Source: Actinomycetota bacterium (GTDB lineage: Bacteria; Actinomycetota; UBA4738; CALAEC01). Taken from it: a DNA stretch of 44,738 nucleotides. A model generated the notes under the pieces. That model was not told where the DNA came from. It ran no database searches and saw nothing but the letters and a program-made list of their open reading frames with translations. The stretch lies in the NCBI GenBank assembly GCA_050693275.1, contig JBOGWD010000308.1, positions 1 through 44,738 on the forward strand, in the 5' to 3' direction. Numbering within the stretch: the stretch's first letter is position 1; each line of letters begins with the position of its first letter. Positions 27,267 through 34,973 of this stretch are shown here, in pieces. A program made the translations under genes and the position numbers.

Positions 27267-28153
27267 GGTTTGGACACGCCATGTCCGGGGGCGGGGACCC
27301 CGTCCTGTTCGCCGAGGCCGGCGGCCGGCGGATCACCCTCGGCGGGACCCTCGACGCTCTCCTCCAGGACGGCGGGCGCCTGGCCCGCATGCGAGAGGAG
27401 CTCGACGCTCGGTTCGCGGCCGGCCAGGGCGACGCCTCCGTCGATGAGGCCCCCCTCGCACCCCCTATCCTCCGTCCGGGCAAGATCGTGGCCGTCGGCC
27501 TCAACTACCACGATCACTGCCGTGAGTTCGGCGTCGAGCCGCCGACCTCGCCCGTCCTGTTCCCCAAGCTGACCTCAGCGCTGTGCGGCCACGGAGCGGA
27601 GGTCCGGTGGAGCCTCGCGGTGACCTCGGAGGTGGACTGGGAAGCCGAGCTGGCGGTGATTATGGGGCGGACGGTCCGCGACGCCAGCCCCGGCGACGCC
27701 CGGGCCGGGATCTTCGGCTACACGGTCATCAACGACGTCACGGCCCGGGACATCCAGCGTGACGAGCAGCAGTGGCTGCGGGCGAAGGGGCTGGACACGT
27801 TCTGCCCCCTCGGCCCCGTCGCCGTGACCGCCGACGAGATCCCCGACCCCCAACGCCTGGCCGTTCGGTCCCGCGTCAACGGCCACGTGATGCAGGACTC
27901 CACGACGGCCGAGATGGTGTTCGGCGTCGACGAGCTCGTCGCCACGCTGTCGCGATCGTTCACCTTCGAGACGGGGGACGTTCTAGCCACCGGCACCCCG
28001 TTCGGGGTGGGCGCGTTCCGCACCCCCGCCATCTTCCTCTCGGCCGGGGACGTGATGGAGATGGAGGTCGAGGGCGTCGGGGTGCTGCGCAACACCTGTG
28101 CGGTGGCGGACGGTGCCGATGGACGAGAGGAGGATGCATGGGCGAACCGGTGA
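27263..28153 (+). CDS. Fumarylacetoacetate hydrolase (FAH) family protein
   Basis: KIVAVGLNYHDH...VDWEAELAVIMG...INDVTARD...KGLDTFCPLGP...TGTPFGVG. ATGA overlap with the upstream stop. Confidence 0.88.
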   Translation: MRFGHAMSGGGDPVLFAEAGGRRITLGGTLDALLQDGGRLARMREELDARFAAGQGDASVDEAPLAPPILRPGKIVAVGLNYHDHCREFGVEPPTSPVLFPKLTSALCGHGAEVRWSLAVTSEVDWEAELAVIMGRTVRDASPGDARAGIFGYTVINDVTARDIQRDEQQWLRAKGLDTFCPLGPVAVTADEIPDPQRLAVRSRVNGHVMQDSTTAEMVFGVDELVATLSRSFTFETGDVLATGTPFGVGAFRTPAIFLSAGDVMEMEVEGVGVLRNTCAVADGADGREEDAWANR

Positions 28154-28545
28154 TGCTCGAGCCGGAGGGGCTGGCCCCCCCGATCGGTCAGTACTCCCAC
28201 GTAAGCAGGGTGGCCGCCGGCGAGCTCCTGTTCGTGGCGGGCCAGGTGGCCATCTCCTGGGAGGGGAACCTCGTCGGCCGGGGGGACTTCGAGGCGCAGA
28301 TGCGCCAGGTGTTCACGAACCTGGAGCGAGCCCTGGCCGCCGGGGGCGCCGGGCTGCACAACGTGACTAAGTTCACCACGTACGTGGTGGGGGCGGAGCA
28401 CGTCGACGACTTCTACCGGGTCCGCCGGGAGCTGTTCGGCTCCCTGTACCCGGACGGCCGGTATCCGCCGAACACGCTCGTGGTGGTGGACCGGCTGGTC
28501 TCGCCGGACCTCCTCCTCGAGATCGAGGCGGTCGCCGGCGTCTGA
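28138..28545 (+). CDS. RidA/YjgF/TdcF-family protein
   Basis: PPIGQYSHVSRVAAGELLFVAGQVA...VTKFTTYV...P..TLVVVDRLVSPDLLLEIEAVA. RBS GAGAGGAGG. Confidence 0.85.
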   Translation: MGEPVMLEPEGLAPPIGQYSHVSRVAAGELLFVAGQVAISWEGNLVGRGDFEAQMRQVFTNLERALAAGGAGLHNVTKFTTYVVGAEHVDDFYRVRRELFGSLYPDGRYPPNTLVVVDRLVSPDLLLEIEAVAGV

Positions 28546-28558
28546 TCGGGGAGGACCG

Positions 28559-29926
28559 ATGCGGATCGCCTGCGTGCAGCTGCGCGCTCGGGACGTCTCC
28601 GAGGCGGACCGGGCCCTGGAGGAGGCCGTCGGGGCGGCGACCAAGGCGGCCCGCCGGGCCGACCTGGTGGTTCTCCCAGAGGCCACGTACCCGGCCTACG
28701 TGCTCCACGACCCCGGCCCATACCTCGACCCGAGGTGGTACCAGCGCGGGCGGGCGGCGTTCGCCGATGTCGCGTCCCGGGAAGGGGCGTGGGTCGCCGT
28801 CGGCCTGGTGCGCCCGGAGGGCCATGCCCTCTTCAACTCGGCGGTCCTGCTCGATCCCGGGGGCCGGACGGCCGCCACGGCGGACAAGGTCTTCCTGTGG
28901 CACTTCGACTCACAGTGGTTCCGCCCCGGGCGCCCCGGGGAGGTCGTCCCGCTGCCCTGGGGAGCGGCCGGGATGTTCGTGTGCGCGGACGCCCGGATGG
29001 TCGAGGTGCCGCGGCGGCTGGGCGTGGCGGGGGCCCGCCTTCTGCTGGACCCGACGGCCCTGGTCCTCTCCCCGGCCGGGATCAACGCCCAGGTCGAGTA
29101 CCTGCTGAGCGCAAGGGCCTGGGAGAACGGGGGCTTCCTGGCCGTGGCCAACAAATGCGGAGTGGAGGCGGGGATCGCGTCGTACGCCGGCCGCTCGGCG
29201 ATCTACGGGCCAGACGGGCGTCGGGTGGCCGAGGCGGGCGCCGAGCAACCGGAGACCATCGTGGCGGAGGTCGACCTGGCCGCCGCCCCCGGCCCCCCCG
29301 CAGCCCGCGATCCTGGCGGGTACCCAGAGCTCTCGGCCCCGCCTGACTCGCTGCCCATCGCCGAGGTTCTGTCCGCCCCGCCCCCGGCCAGGCCGCTTCG
29401 AGTGGCGATGCTCTCGGGGGCGACGGCCCGGGATCGAGCCGTGGAGGAGCTCGCCCCTGACGTGGCGATCCAGGCCGGCGCGGACGGCCTCCCCGAGCTG
29501 GTCCCCCTCGGCGGGGAGGGCGGGGCCCGAGCCGGCCCGACCTCCGGGACGGTCGTAGCGGTCGGCGGGGCCCGGATCGGGCTCCTGGCGGGCGACCGGG
29601 GGCTGGTTCCGGAGGAGGTCCGGGTCCTGATGCTGCGCGGCGCGTCCGTGGTGGTTTGGCACACCGGGGACACCGAGGTGCCGGCGTTCGTGGCACGGAC
29701 GAGGGCCGACGAGAATCGGGTGTTCCTCGTCACGATCGCCGGAGACGGCGCCTGGAGGGTGTTCGGTCCTTCGGGAACGCCCTTCGGCTCAGGTCCCGCG
29801 CCGGGGATCGTGGCGACCCTCGTCGAGCTGCCCCTCGCGCTGGCCTGGTTCAAGGAGATGGCTCCGGGAACGGATGTGGTCCGCGGACGCACCCCCTCGC
29901 ACTTCGACCCGCTCGCCCTGAGCTGA
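28559..29926 (+). CDS. Carbon-nitrogen hydrolase (nitrilase superfamily) with a second, degenerate CN-hydrolase-like half
   Basis: N-terminal domain carries the E-K-C triad context (VVLPEATYP; ADKVFLW; GMFVCADA). The C-terminal roughly 170 aa (ARIGLLAGDRGLVPEEVRVLMLRGASVVVW...RTRADENRVFLV) lacks the Cys. Confidence 0.8.
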   Translation: MRIACVQLRARDVSEADRALEEAVGAATKAARRADLVVLPEATYPAYVLHDPGPYLDPRWYQRGRAAFADVASREGAWVAVGLVRPEGHALFNSAVLLDPGGRTAATADKVFLWHFDSQWFRPGRPGEVVPLPWGAAGMFVCADARMVEVPRRLGVAGARLLLDPTALVLSPAGINAQVEYLLSARAWENGGFLAVANKCGVEAGIASYAGRSAIYGPDGRRVAEAGAEQPETIVAEVDLAAAPGPPAARDPGGYPELSAPPDSLPIAEVLSAPPPARPLRVAMLSGATARDRAVEELAPDVAIQAGADGLPELVPLGGEGGARAGPTSGTVVAVGGARIGLLAGDRGLVPEEVRVLMLRGASVVVWHTGDTEVPAFVARTRADENRVFLVTIAGDGAWRVFGPSGTPFGSGPAPGIVATLVELPLALAWFKEMAPGTDVVRGRTPSHFDPLALS

Positions 29927-30022
29927 CCAAGGGAGCTGGCGTGCAACCGGGTCTTCTGGCTAATCCCCATCGGTTGAATGTCCCCCTTTCCAGGTGCGGG
30001 CCTTCCGTGTTATGTGGGAGAC

Positions 30023-30553
30023 ATGGGCGGGAGGGCCCAACTCGCCACGGAACGCAGCCCGCGAGCCTTCCCAACCGACGCTATGGAGGATCGGCGCGCC
30101 GCGGTTGAGCAGATGGGGTACTCGGTCGAGACCTATCTTCGGAAGTCGGCCTGGGGCCACATACTGGCGGGAGACTTCTACACGAAAGTGAACTTCGCCT
30201 CTGGCCTGCCCGCGGCGATCCTCGCCGGCCTGGCCGGCGTGTCGGCGCTGGCGGACTTCAGGCTCGTCGCCGGCACGATCGCCATCGGCGTGGCGATCCT
30301 GACCGGAGTGACGACGTTCCTTCATCCGGCGGAAACCGCGCAACAGCATGCGAGGGTCGCGGAGACCCTGCTCAAGCTCGCCGACGAGATCAGGAACATC
30401 ACCGTCGAGGGGCCGGCAACCGGCTCGGACCGAGCATTGAAGGAACTGCAGATGAGGATCTCCGACCTGCAACGGCAGGGACGAGACATCGCCGGCATAC
30501 CCTGGGTGGCTCCACGCTTCCGGAGGAGGGTCCTGGGGAAACGTGCGGTATGA
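30023..30553 (+). CDS. Two-TM protein with SLATT-like topology
   Basis: Helical N-terminus, then two adjacent TM helices (GLPAAILAGLAGVSAL / VAGTIAIGVAILTGVTTFL), then HPAETAQQHARVAETLLKLADEIRNI. Rare codons (ata, agg, aaa, ctt, caa) are more frequent than in neighbouring genes. Start is uncertain: 29978, 30023 or 30083. Confidence 0.55.
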   Translation: MGGRAQLATERSPRAFPTDAMEDRRAAVEQMGYSVETYLRKSAWGHILAGDFYTKVNFASGLPAAILAGLAGVSALADFRLVAGTIAIGVAILTGVTTFLHPAETAQQHARVAETLLKLADEIRNITVEGPATGSDRALKELQMRISDLQRQGRDIAGIPWVAPRFRRRVLGKRAV

Positions 30554-30612
30554 CCGTTCCTTGTCCGTCGGGGGCGAGCGACAGAGACGTCCACTAGGAT
30601 GAGCCGAGCGAC

Positions 30613-31131
30613 ATGACGACCCATGAGGAACTGGACAAGCTGAGCACCAAGGAGCTCCACGACCGGGCGTTCCGCATCGCCGAACGCCGGCTGGAGGTCC
30701 GGTTCTTCTGGAACCTCCTGGAGTACGCCCCCGTGGCCGAGGCGATCGCCGGTCACACGCGGCACGCCGAGGCCGACGTGCTCAGCCTCTCCGCCACCGT
30801 GCAGGACCCCACGAACTCAGGCGAGAACGAGGTGGGCGACGCCCTGCGGCCGATCTACATCGACTACCTGCTGAAGCACGACACCGACGAGAAGTCGGCC
30901 CCGGGGGGATCAGTCCAGCTTCAGGGCAGTGAACACGATCCCGTTCAGGACGGCCATGATCGTGGTCAGCGCCAGCGTGAGGGTGCGGGCGGTCCGGTGG
31001 ATCTCCTCGCGCAGCTCGTGTCTCCCGGCGTCCATCTCATGCCTGAGGACTTCGATCTTGTGGTCAAGCCTCTCCTCCGTGTTCCTCAGGTCGTCCTTCG
31101 TGGCCAGTTGACCCACGCCGCCCGGCGGTAG
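30613..31131 (+). CDS. Paralog (copy 2) of the 94-aa protein. Its stop codon is lost and it reads through antisense into the next gene.
   Basis: By hand count, 48 mismatches in 285 ungapped nt against 21970-22254. The TAA is replaced by TCG, and the flanking GCCCCGG is still alignable. The conserved core ends at 30894. Confidence 0.6.
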   Translation: MTTHEELDKLSTKELHDRAFRIAERRLEVRFFWNLLEYAPVAEAIAGHTRHAEADVLSLSATVQDPTNSGENEVGDALRPIYIDYLLKHDTDEKSAPGGSVQLQGSEHDPVQDGHDRGQRQREGAGGPVDLLAQLVSPGVHLMPEDFDLVVKPLLRVPQVVLRGQLTHAARR

Positions 31132-31221
31132 GTGCGCCATCAAGGTGACAGCTTCCTCGGCGCCGAGAACCTCCTGGAGCCGCTGGTGGAGCTGGTGCCT
31201 CGAGCGTTCATCTGTCGACAT
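30910..31221 (-). CDS. DUF1640-like tail-anchored coiled-coil protein (paralog a, full-length)
   Basis: MSTDERSRHQLHQRLQEVLGAEEAVTLMAHLPPGG...LATKDDL...coiled coil...C-terminal TM segment LTLALTTIMAVLNGIVFTAL. Confidence 0.7.
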   Translation of the reverse strand: MSTDERSRHQLHQRLQEVLGAEEAVTLMAHLPPGGVGQLATKDDLRNTEERLDHKIEVLRHEMDAGRHELREEIHRTARTLTLALTTIMAVLNGIVFTALKLD

Positions 31222-31262
31222 TCTCTTCCCCCTGCCCGGTTCCGGCAAGACACGGCGCTCTG

Positions 31263-31295
31263 AGGGGGAGCAACGCAACCGTACTAGCACCCCCT
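31263..31295 (-). promoter_or_regulatory. Conserved leader hairpin upstream of paralog a
   Basis: AGGGGGaGC-N15-GCaCCCCCT, 42-74 nt upstream of the start codon. A counterpart lies at 31858-31889. Confidence 0.4.
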
Positions 31296-31367
31296 GACAC
31301 GGGAGCAGGAGGACTTGCCAGCCGGGGCGATGCACGCGTAGCGACAGGGGCAGCGGGGTTCCGGCGT

Positions 31368-31553
31368 TCAGCAGAGTTCGAGGGCGGTGAACGTGATCGC
31401 GTTCATCGCGCCGAGAATCGTGGCCAACGAGAACGTCAACTGGCGGCCCGTCCGACGGATCTCCGTGCGTAGCTCCTGCTTCCTGGCGTCGATCTTGTGC
31501 TCGAGGCGTTCCTCGGTGCTTCTCAGGTCGTCCTTCGTGGCGAACGCGTCCAT
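31368..31553 (-). CDS. DUF1640-like paralog b (lacks the N-terminal module)
   Basis: MDAFATKDDLRSTEERLEHKID...FSLATILGAMNAITFTAL. Starts 8 nt after the paralog c stop, with no obvious RBS. Confidence 0.45.
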   Translation of the reverse strand: MDAFATKDDLRSTEERLEHKIDARKQELRTEIRRTGRQLTFSLATILGAMNAITFTALELC

Positions 31554-31561
31554 TCGAATCG

Positions 31562-31819
31562 TCAGCCAAGCCTGACGGCTGTGAACACGATTCCAATCAT
31601 CACGGCCATGATCGTGGTCAGCGATAGCGTGAGGTTCCGCGCCGTCCGGTGAATCTCAGCGAGCAGCTCGTGCTTAACAGCCTCGAGATCGTCCTTGGTG
31701 GCCAGCCGGCTGGTCCCTCCGGGAGGGAGGTGCGCCATCAAGGTGACGGCCTCCTCGGCACCGAGGACCTCCTCGAGCCGCTGGTGAAGCTGGTGCCTCG
31801 AACGTTCATCCACCGACAT
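31562..31819 (-). CDS. DUF1640-like paralog c (N-terminal module present, coiled coil shortened)
   Basis: MSVDERSRHQLHQRLEEVLGAEEAVTLMAHLPPGG...LATKDDLEAVKHELLAEIHRTARNLTLSLTTIMAVMIGIVFTAV. Confidence 0.7.
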   Translation of the reverse strand: MSVDERSRHQLHQRLEEVLGAEEAVTLMAHLPPGGTSRLATKDDLEAVKHELLAEIHRTARNLTLSLTTIMAVMIGIVFTAVRLG

Positions 31820-31857
31820 TCTGGTCCCCCTTCCCAACCTGGGCAAGACAGGGTCGT

Positions 31858-31889
31858 GAGGGGGCAGAAGGCACGGTACCAGCACCCTC
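31858..31889 (-). promoter_or_regulatory. Conserved leader hairpin upstream of paralog c
   Basis: GAGGGgGC-N16-GCaCCCTC, 39-70 nt upstream of the start codon. It has the same mismatch position, and the flanking GACAC and TGTCTTGCC blocks are shared with the paralog a leader. Confidence 0.4.
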
Positions 31890-31936
31890 CGACACAGTCG
31901 CGGCGGGGGTTGCGGGGGCCCAGCACGCGGCGGAGG

Positions 31937-33055
31937 ATGAAGAGCGTGGCAGCGAAACGTCTTCACCGCGGAAGGCTCGCCTGGCTCGTGCTCGGCGGCA
32001 TGGTGGTGATCCTCGGCTCGTCGGTGGCCCTGGCCCAGGAGAGCCGGCTGGGAGGGAAGATCCGGGCCGGCGGCGAGGTGGTGGTCCCGGCGGACGAGAC
32101 CGTGGCCGGCGACCTGTATGCGATGGGCGGACAGGTGCGGATCGACGGGACCGTCGAAGGTGACCTGGTGGCCGGGGCCGGCCAGGTGCAGGTGACCGGC
32201 GAGGTGGTCGGCGACGTGCTGATCGGCTCGGGCAACGTCGACATCTCCGGGCAGGTCGGAGGGGACGCCCGTCTGGGCGCCGGGCAGGTGATCGTGTCGG
32301 GATCCGTGGGGGAGGACCTGGTGGTGGGATCCGGACAGGCCACCGTCACCTCGTCCGGCAGCGTGGGCGAGGACTTCATCTTCGGCACCGGCCAGACGAC
32401 CCTCGATGGCGACGTGGCCGGGGGCGTGCTCGGGACCACCGGCAGCTACGTGCGGCGAGGCACGGTCGGCGGGATCGAGGACGTCACCATCGCCCGGGCG
32501 AGGGAGCCCACCCTCGCGGATCGCCTCCTGGACGGCCTCCAGCGGTTCGTGGCCATCCTGGTCGTCGGGGCGCTCCTCCTCTGGCTCCTTCCCCGCGTCG
32601 TGGTCGGCGGCGCCGAGACGCTCCGGCGCCGACCGTGGGCCAGTCTGGGCGTGGGCCTCCTGGGCATGGTCGGATTCGTGGTCCTGGTCGCGGCGATCAT
32701 CCTGGCGGCCGTCCTCCTGGCCATCGGCTTCGGCCTGATCCACATGGACGACCTGGTCGGGATCACCATCTTCGGCACCACCTCGCTCCTCGGAGCGCTG
32801 GCGTTCGCGTTCTTCCTCACGGTGGCGTTCGGAACGCAGGCGGTGGTGGGCCTGGCCCTGGGGCGGCTGATGATGGGATCCGAACCCTCCACGAGGAGGT
32901 GGACCGCCCTGATCCTGGGCGTGCTGGTCGTCGCGGTGCTCACCTCCCTCCCCGTGGTGGGAGGCTGGCTCGGCCTGGTCATCGCGGTGCTCGGCCTGGG
33001 GGCACTGATCCTGGAGTTCTGGCCGTGGCGGCGGCGGGCGCCACAGCCAGCCTGA
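31937..33055 (+). CDS. Bactofilin-like (polymer-forming, beta-helix repeat) protein with a signal/anchor and a C-terminal polytopic membrane domain
   Basis: ATG 31937 after GGCGGAGG. N-terminal hydrophobic segment. About 9 repeats of the type G-[DE]-[VL]-x-x-G-x-G-x-V-x-[VI]-x-G. Then 4-5 TM helices. Confidence 0.7.
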   Translation: MKSVAAKRLHRGRLAWLVLGGMVVILGSSVALAQESRLGGKIRAGGEVVVPADETVAGDLYAMGGQVRIDGTVEGDLVAGAGQVQVTGEVVGDVLIGSGNVDISGQVGGDARLGAGQVIVSGSVGEDLVVGSGQATVTSSGSVGEDFIFGTGQTTLDGDVAGGVLGTTGSYVRRGTVGGIEDVTIARAREPTLADRLLDGLQRFVAILVVGALLLWLLPRVVVGGAETLRRRPWASLGVGLLGMVGFVVLVAAIILAAVLLAIGFGLIHMDDLVGITIFGTTSLLGALAFAFFLTVAFGTQAVVGLALGRLMMGSEPSTRRWTALILGVLVVAVLTSLPVVGGWLGLVIAVLGLGALILEFWPWRRRAPQPA

Positions 33056-33067
33056 GAGGAGGAGAAC

Positions 33068-33301
33068 ATGATCGCGGCGTACATCCTCATCCAGACCGAG
33101 GTCGGAGTGCTCGGCCGGGTGGCCGCCCAAGTGGCGGGACTCAAGGGAATCACGTCGGCGGACGGGGTGACCGGTCCCTACGACGTGATCGCCAGGGCGG
33201 AGGCGACCGACCTGGACGAGCTGGGGACCCTCGTGATCCGACAGATCCAGGCCGTCCCCGGCGTCACCCGCACGCTGACCTGCCCCGTGGTCCACCTGTA
33301 G
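33068..33301 (+). CDS. Stand-alone Lrp/AsnC ligand-binding (RAM) domain protein
   Basis: 77 aa: AYILIQTEVG...V.GPYDVIARAEATDLDELGTLVIRQIQAVPGVTRTLTCPVV. Confidence 0.75.
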   Translation: MIAAYILIQTEVGVLGRVAAQVAGLKGITSADGVTGPYDVIARAEATDLDELGTLVIRQIQAVPGVTRTLTCPVVHL

Positions 33302-33308
33302 GAAGCGA

Positions 33309-33336
33309 AGGGCCCGCTGCTTTCGCGACGGGCCCT
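33309..33336. terminator. Bidirectional GC hairpin between convergent genes
   Basis: AGGGCCCG-N12-CGGGCCCT, 8-bp stem. Confidence 0.45.
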
Positions 33337-33354
33337 CCGTTCGACTTCCGGTCG

Positions 33355-33558
33355 TTACGCCACGGGGCGCACGTTCGCGGCCTGAGGGCCCTTCGGGCCC
33401 TGGGTCACGTCGAACTCGACCTTCTGGTTCTCGTCGAGGTTCCGGTAGCCATCACCCTGGATCGCGCTGAAATGCACGAACACATCTTCGCCATCCTCGC
33501 GGGAGATGAAGCCGAACCCCTTGTCAGGGTTGAACCACTTCACTGTACCGGTTGCCAC
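33355..33558 (-). CDS. cspA: Cold-shock protein (CspA family)
   Basis: [15 protein letters not shown] (RNP1) and DVFVHFS (RNP2). GTG 33558 follows GGAAGGAGGGG. About 170 nt of leader lies upstream. Confidence 0.93.
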   Translation of the reverse strand: MATGTVKWFNPDKGFGFISREDGEDVFVHFSAIQGDGYRNLDENQKVEFDVTQGPKGPQAANVRPVA

Positions 33559-33726
33559 AAGCAATCCCCTCCTTCCGTGGCCACATCCGGACATCTCGTG
33601 TCCGATGGCCTGCCGGCCGGTTCGCCGGCGAGGGAACTGCTCGAAGCCAAGACTTGCGATGCGGAAACGATGCCGAACCCTCACCCATCAGTATACGCCA
33701 GGCCGAGTCCTGTCTACCAGGAGCGT

Positions 33727-34860
33727 CTACTCGAGGTAGTCCCGGAGCTGCTGGGCCCTGGAGGGGTGGCGAAGCTTGCACAGCGCCTTGGCTTCGATCT
33801 GGCGGATCCGCTCCCGGGTCACGCCGAAGATCCGGCCGACCTCCTCGAGGGTCCCGGGCTCCTCGCCGAGCAGGCCGAATCGCATCTCGAGGATGCCCCG
33901 CTCCCGGTCGGCGAGGGTGTGCAGGACCGTCTCGAGCTGCTCCTGGAGCAGGGTCCTGCTGGCGGCCTCGGGGGGCGCCTCCGCGTCCCGGTCCTCGATG
34001 AAGTCGCCGAGGACGGAGTCTTCCTCCTCGCCGACGGGGCTCTCCAGCGAGATGGGAGTCCGCATCAGCAGGATCTCCTGGACCCGATCCGCCCGCAGGC
34101 CGACCCGCCCGCCGATCTCCCCCGGATCCGGGTCCCGCCCCAGGATCTGGACGAGCTCCTGCCGGGCCCGAGCGACCTTGTTGATGTGCTCGGTGACGTG
34201 GACCGGCAGGCGGATGGTTCGGGCCTGGTCGGCCACCGCCCGGGAGATGGCCTGGCGGATCCACCACGTGGCGTAGGTGGAGAACTTGAACCCCCTCCGG
34301 TAGTCGAACTTCTCCACGGCCCGCATCAGGCCGAGGTTCCCCTCCTGGGCCAGGTCCAGGAACAGCATGCCCCGGCCGAGGAACCGCTTGGCGATCGAGA
34401 CCACCAAGCGCAGGTTGGCCTCGATGAGCTTGGCCCGGGCCCGGCCCACGTCGGCGGCCACCCGGTGGAGGAAGAAGCTGGCGTCGGCCCGGGACCGGGG
34501 CCGGTAGGTTCGGGAGACGGTCTCCCGCCCGATCCCCTCGCGGCGGAGCTTCTTCAGGGGGTCGAGCTGGTGGGAGCGGATGCGGTCCACGGTCTCGAGG
34601 ATCTGGAGGAACCGGGCTCGGTCGAGCCGGCCGTCGGGCTTGGTGAGGGCCAGGAGGGTCGCCGCCATCTCGCCGCCCTCGATCCGCATGGCCAGGTCGA
34701 CCTCCTGCGGCGCGGTGAGGAGCGGGACCTTTCCGATCTCCCGGAGGTACATGCGGACGGAGTCGTGGGGGACGCCGGGGGGCCGCCGGACCTCTGGACG
34801 AGGCGCAGCCACGGTGCCGACATTCGTGGCGGGTTCTTTGATGTGAACCCAGTCTTTCAC
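33727..34860 (-). CDS. RpoD-family (group 1/2) sigma-70 factor
   Basis: Region 1.2: [14 protein letters not shown]. Region 2: [14 protein letters not shown]...[39 protein letters not shown]. Then RTIRLPVH. Region 4.2: [20 protein letters not shown]. The start is set at GTG 34860 because the track ORF extension to 34983 is antisense of a tRNA-like sequence. Confidence 0.9.
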   Translation of the reverse strand: MKDWVHIKEPATNVGTVAAPRPEVRRPPGVPHDSVRMYLREIGKVPLLTAPQEVDLAMRIEGGEMAATLLALTKPDGRLDRARFLQILETVDRIRSHQLDPLKKLRREGIGRETVSRTYRPRSRADASFFLHRVAADVGRARAKLIEANLRLVVSIAKRFLGRGMLFLDLAQEGNLGLMRAVEKFDYRRGFKFSTYATWWIRQAISRAVADQARTIRLPVHVTEHINKVARARQELVQILGRDPDPGEIGGRVGLRADRVQEILLMRTPISLESPVGEEEDSVLGDFIEDRDAEAPPEAASRTLLQEQLETVLHTLADRERGILEMRFGLLGEEPGTLEEVGRIFGVTRERIRQIEAKALCKLRHPSRAQQLRDYLE

Positions 34861-34891
34861 ACTTCCGTACTCAGTGTGGATGCACCGCCGA

Positions 34892-34973
34892 GACTCCGTA
34901 GGCAGGACAGCCGGAAGGGTGAGGCACCGGTTTCCTAAACCGGGTGTCGCAGGTTCGAATCCTGCCGGGGGCA
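34892..34973 (+). tRNA. tRNA-Arg(CCT)-like gene with an aberrant, over-long D-arm region
   Basis: Canonical anticodon arm: CCGGT-TTCCTAA-ACCGG. A 5-nt variable loop. T-arm: GCAGG-TTCGAAT-CCTGC. The acceptor CGGGGGC pairs with GACTCCG at 6 of 7 positions including one G-U, with an A-G mismatch at 2:71. However, 26 nt lie between position 9 and the anticodon stem, where about 17 are expected. Confidence 0.5.

Noticed and set aside
30322-30765. Minus-strand ORF similar to the N-terminal extension of ORF 21139-22122.
   Set aside because: Both are antisense read-throughs of the duplicated 94-aa gene, so their similarity merely reflects the duplication.
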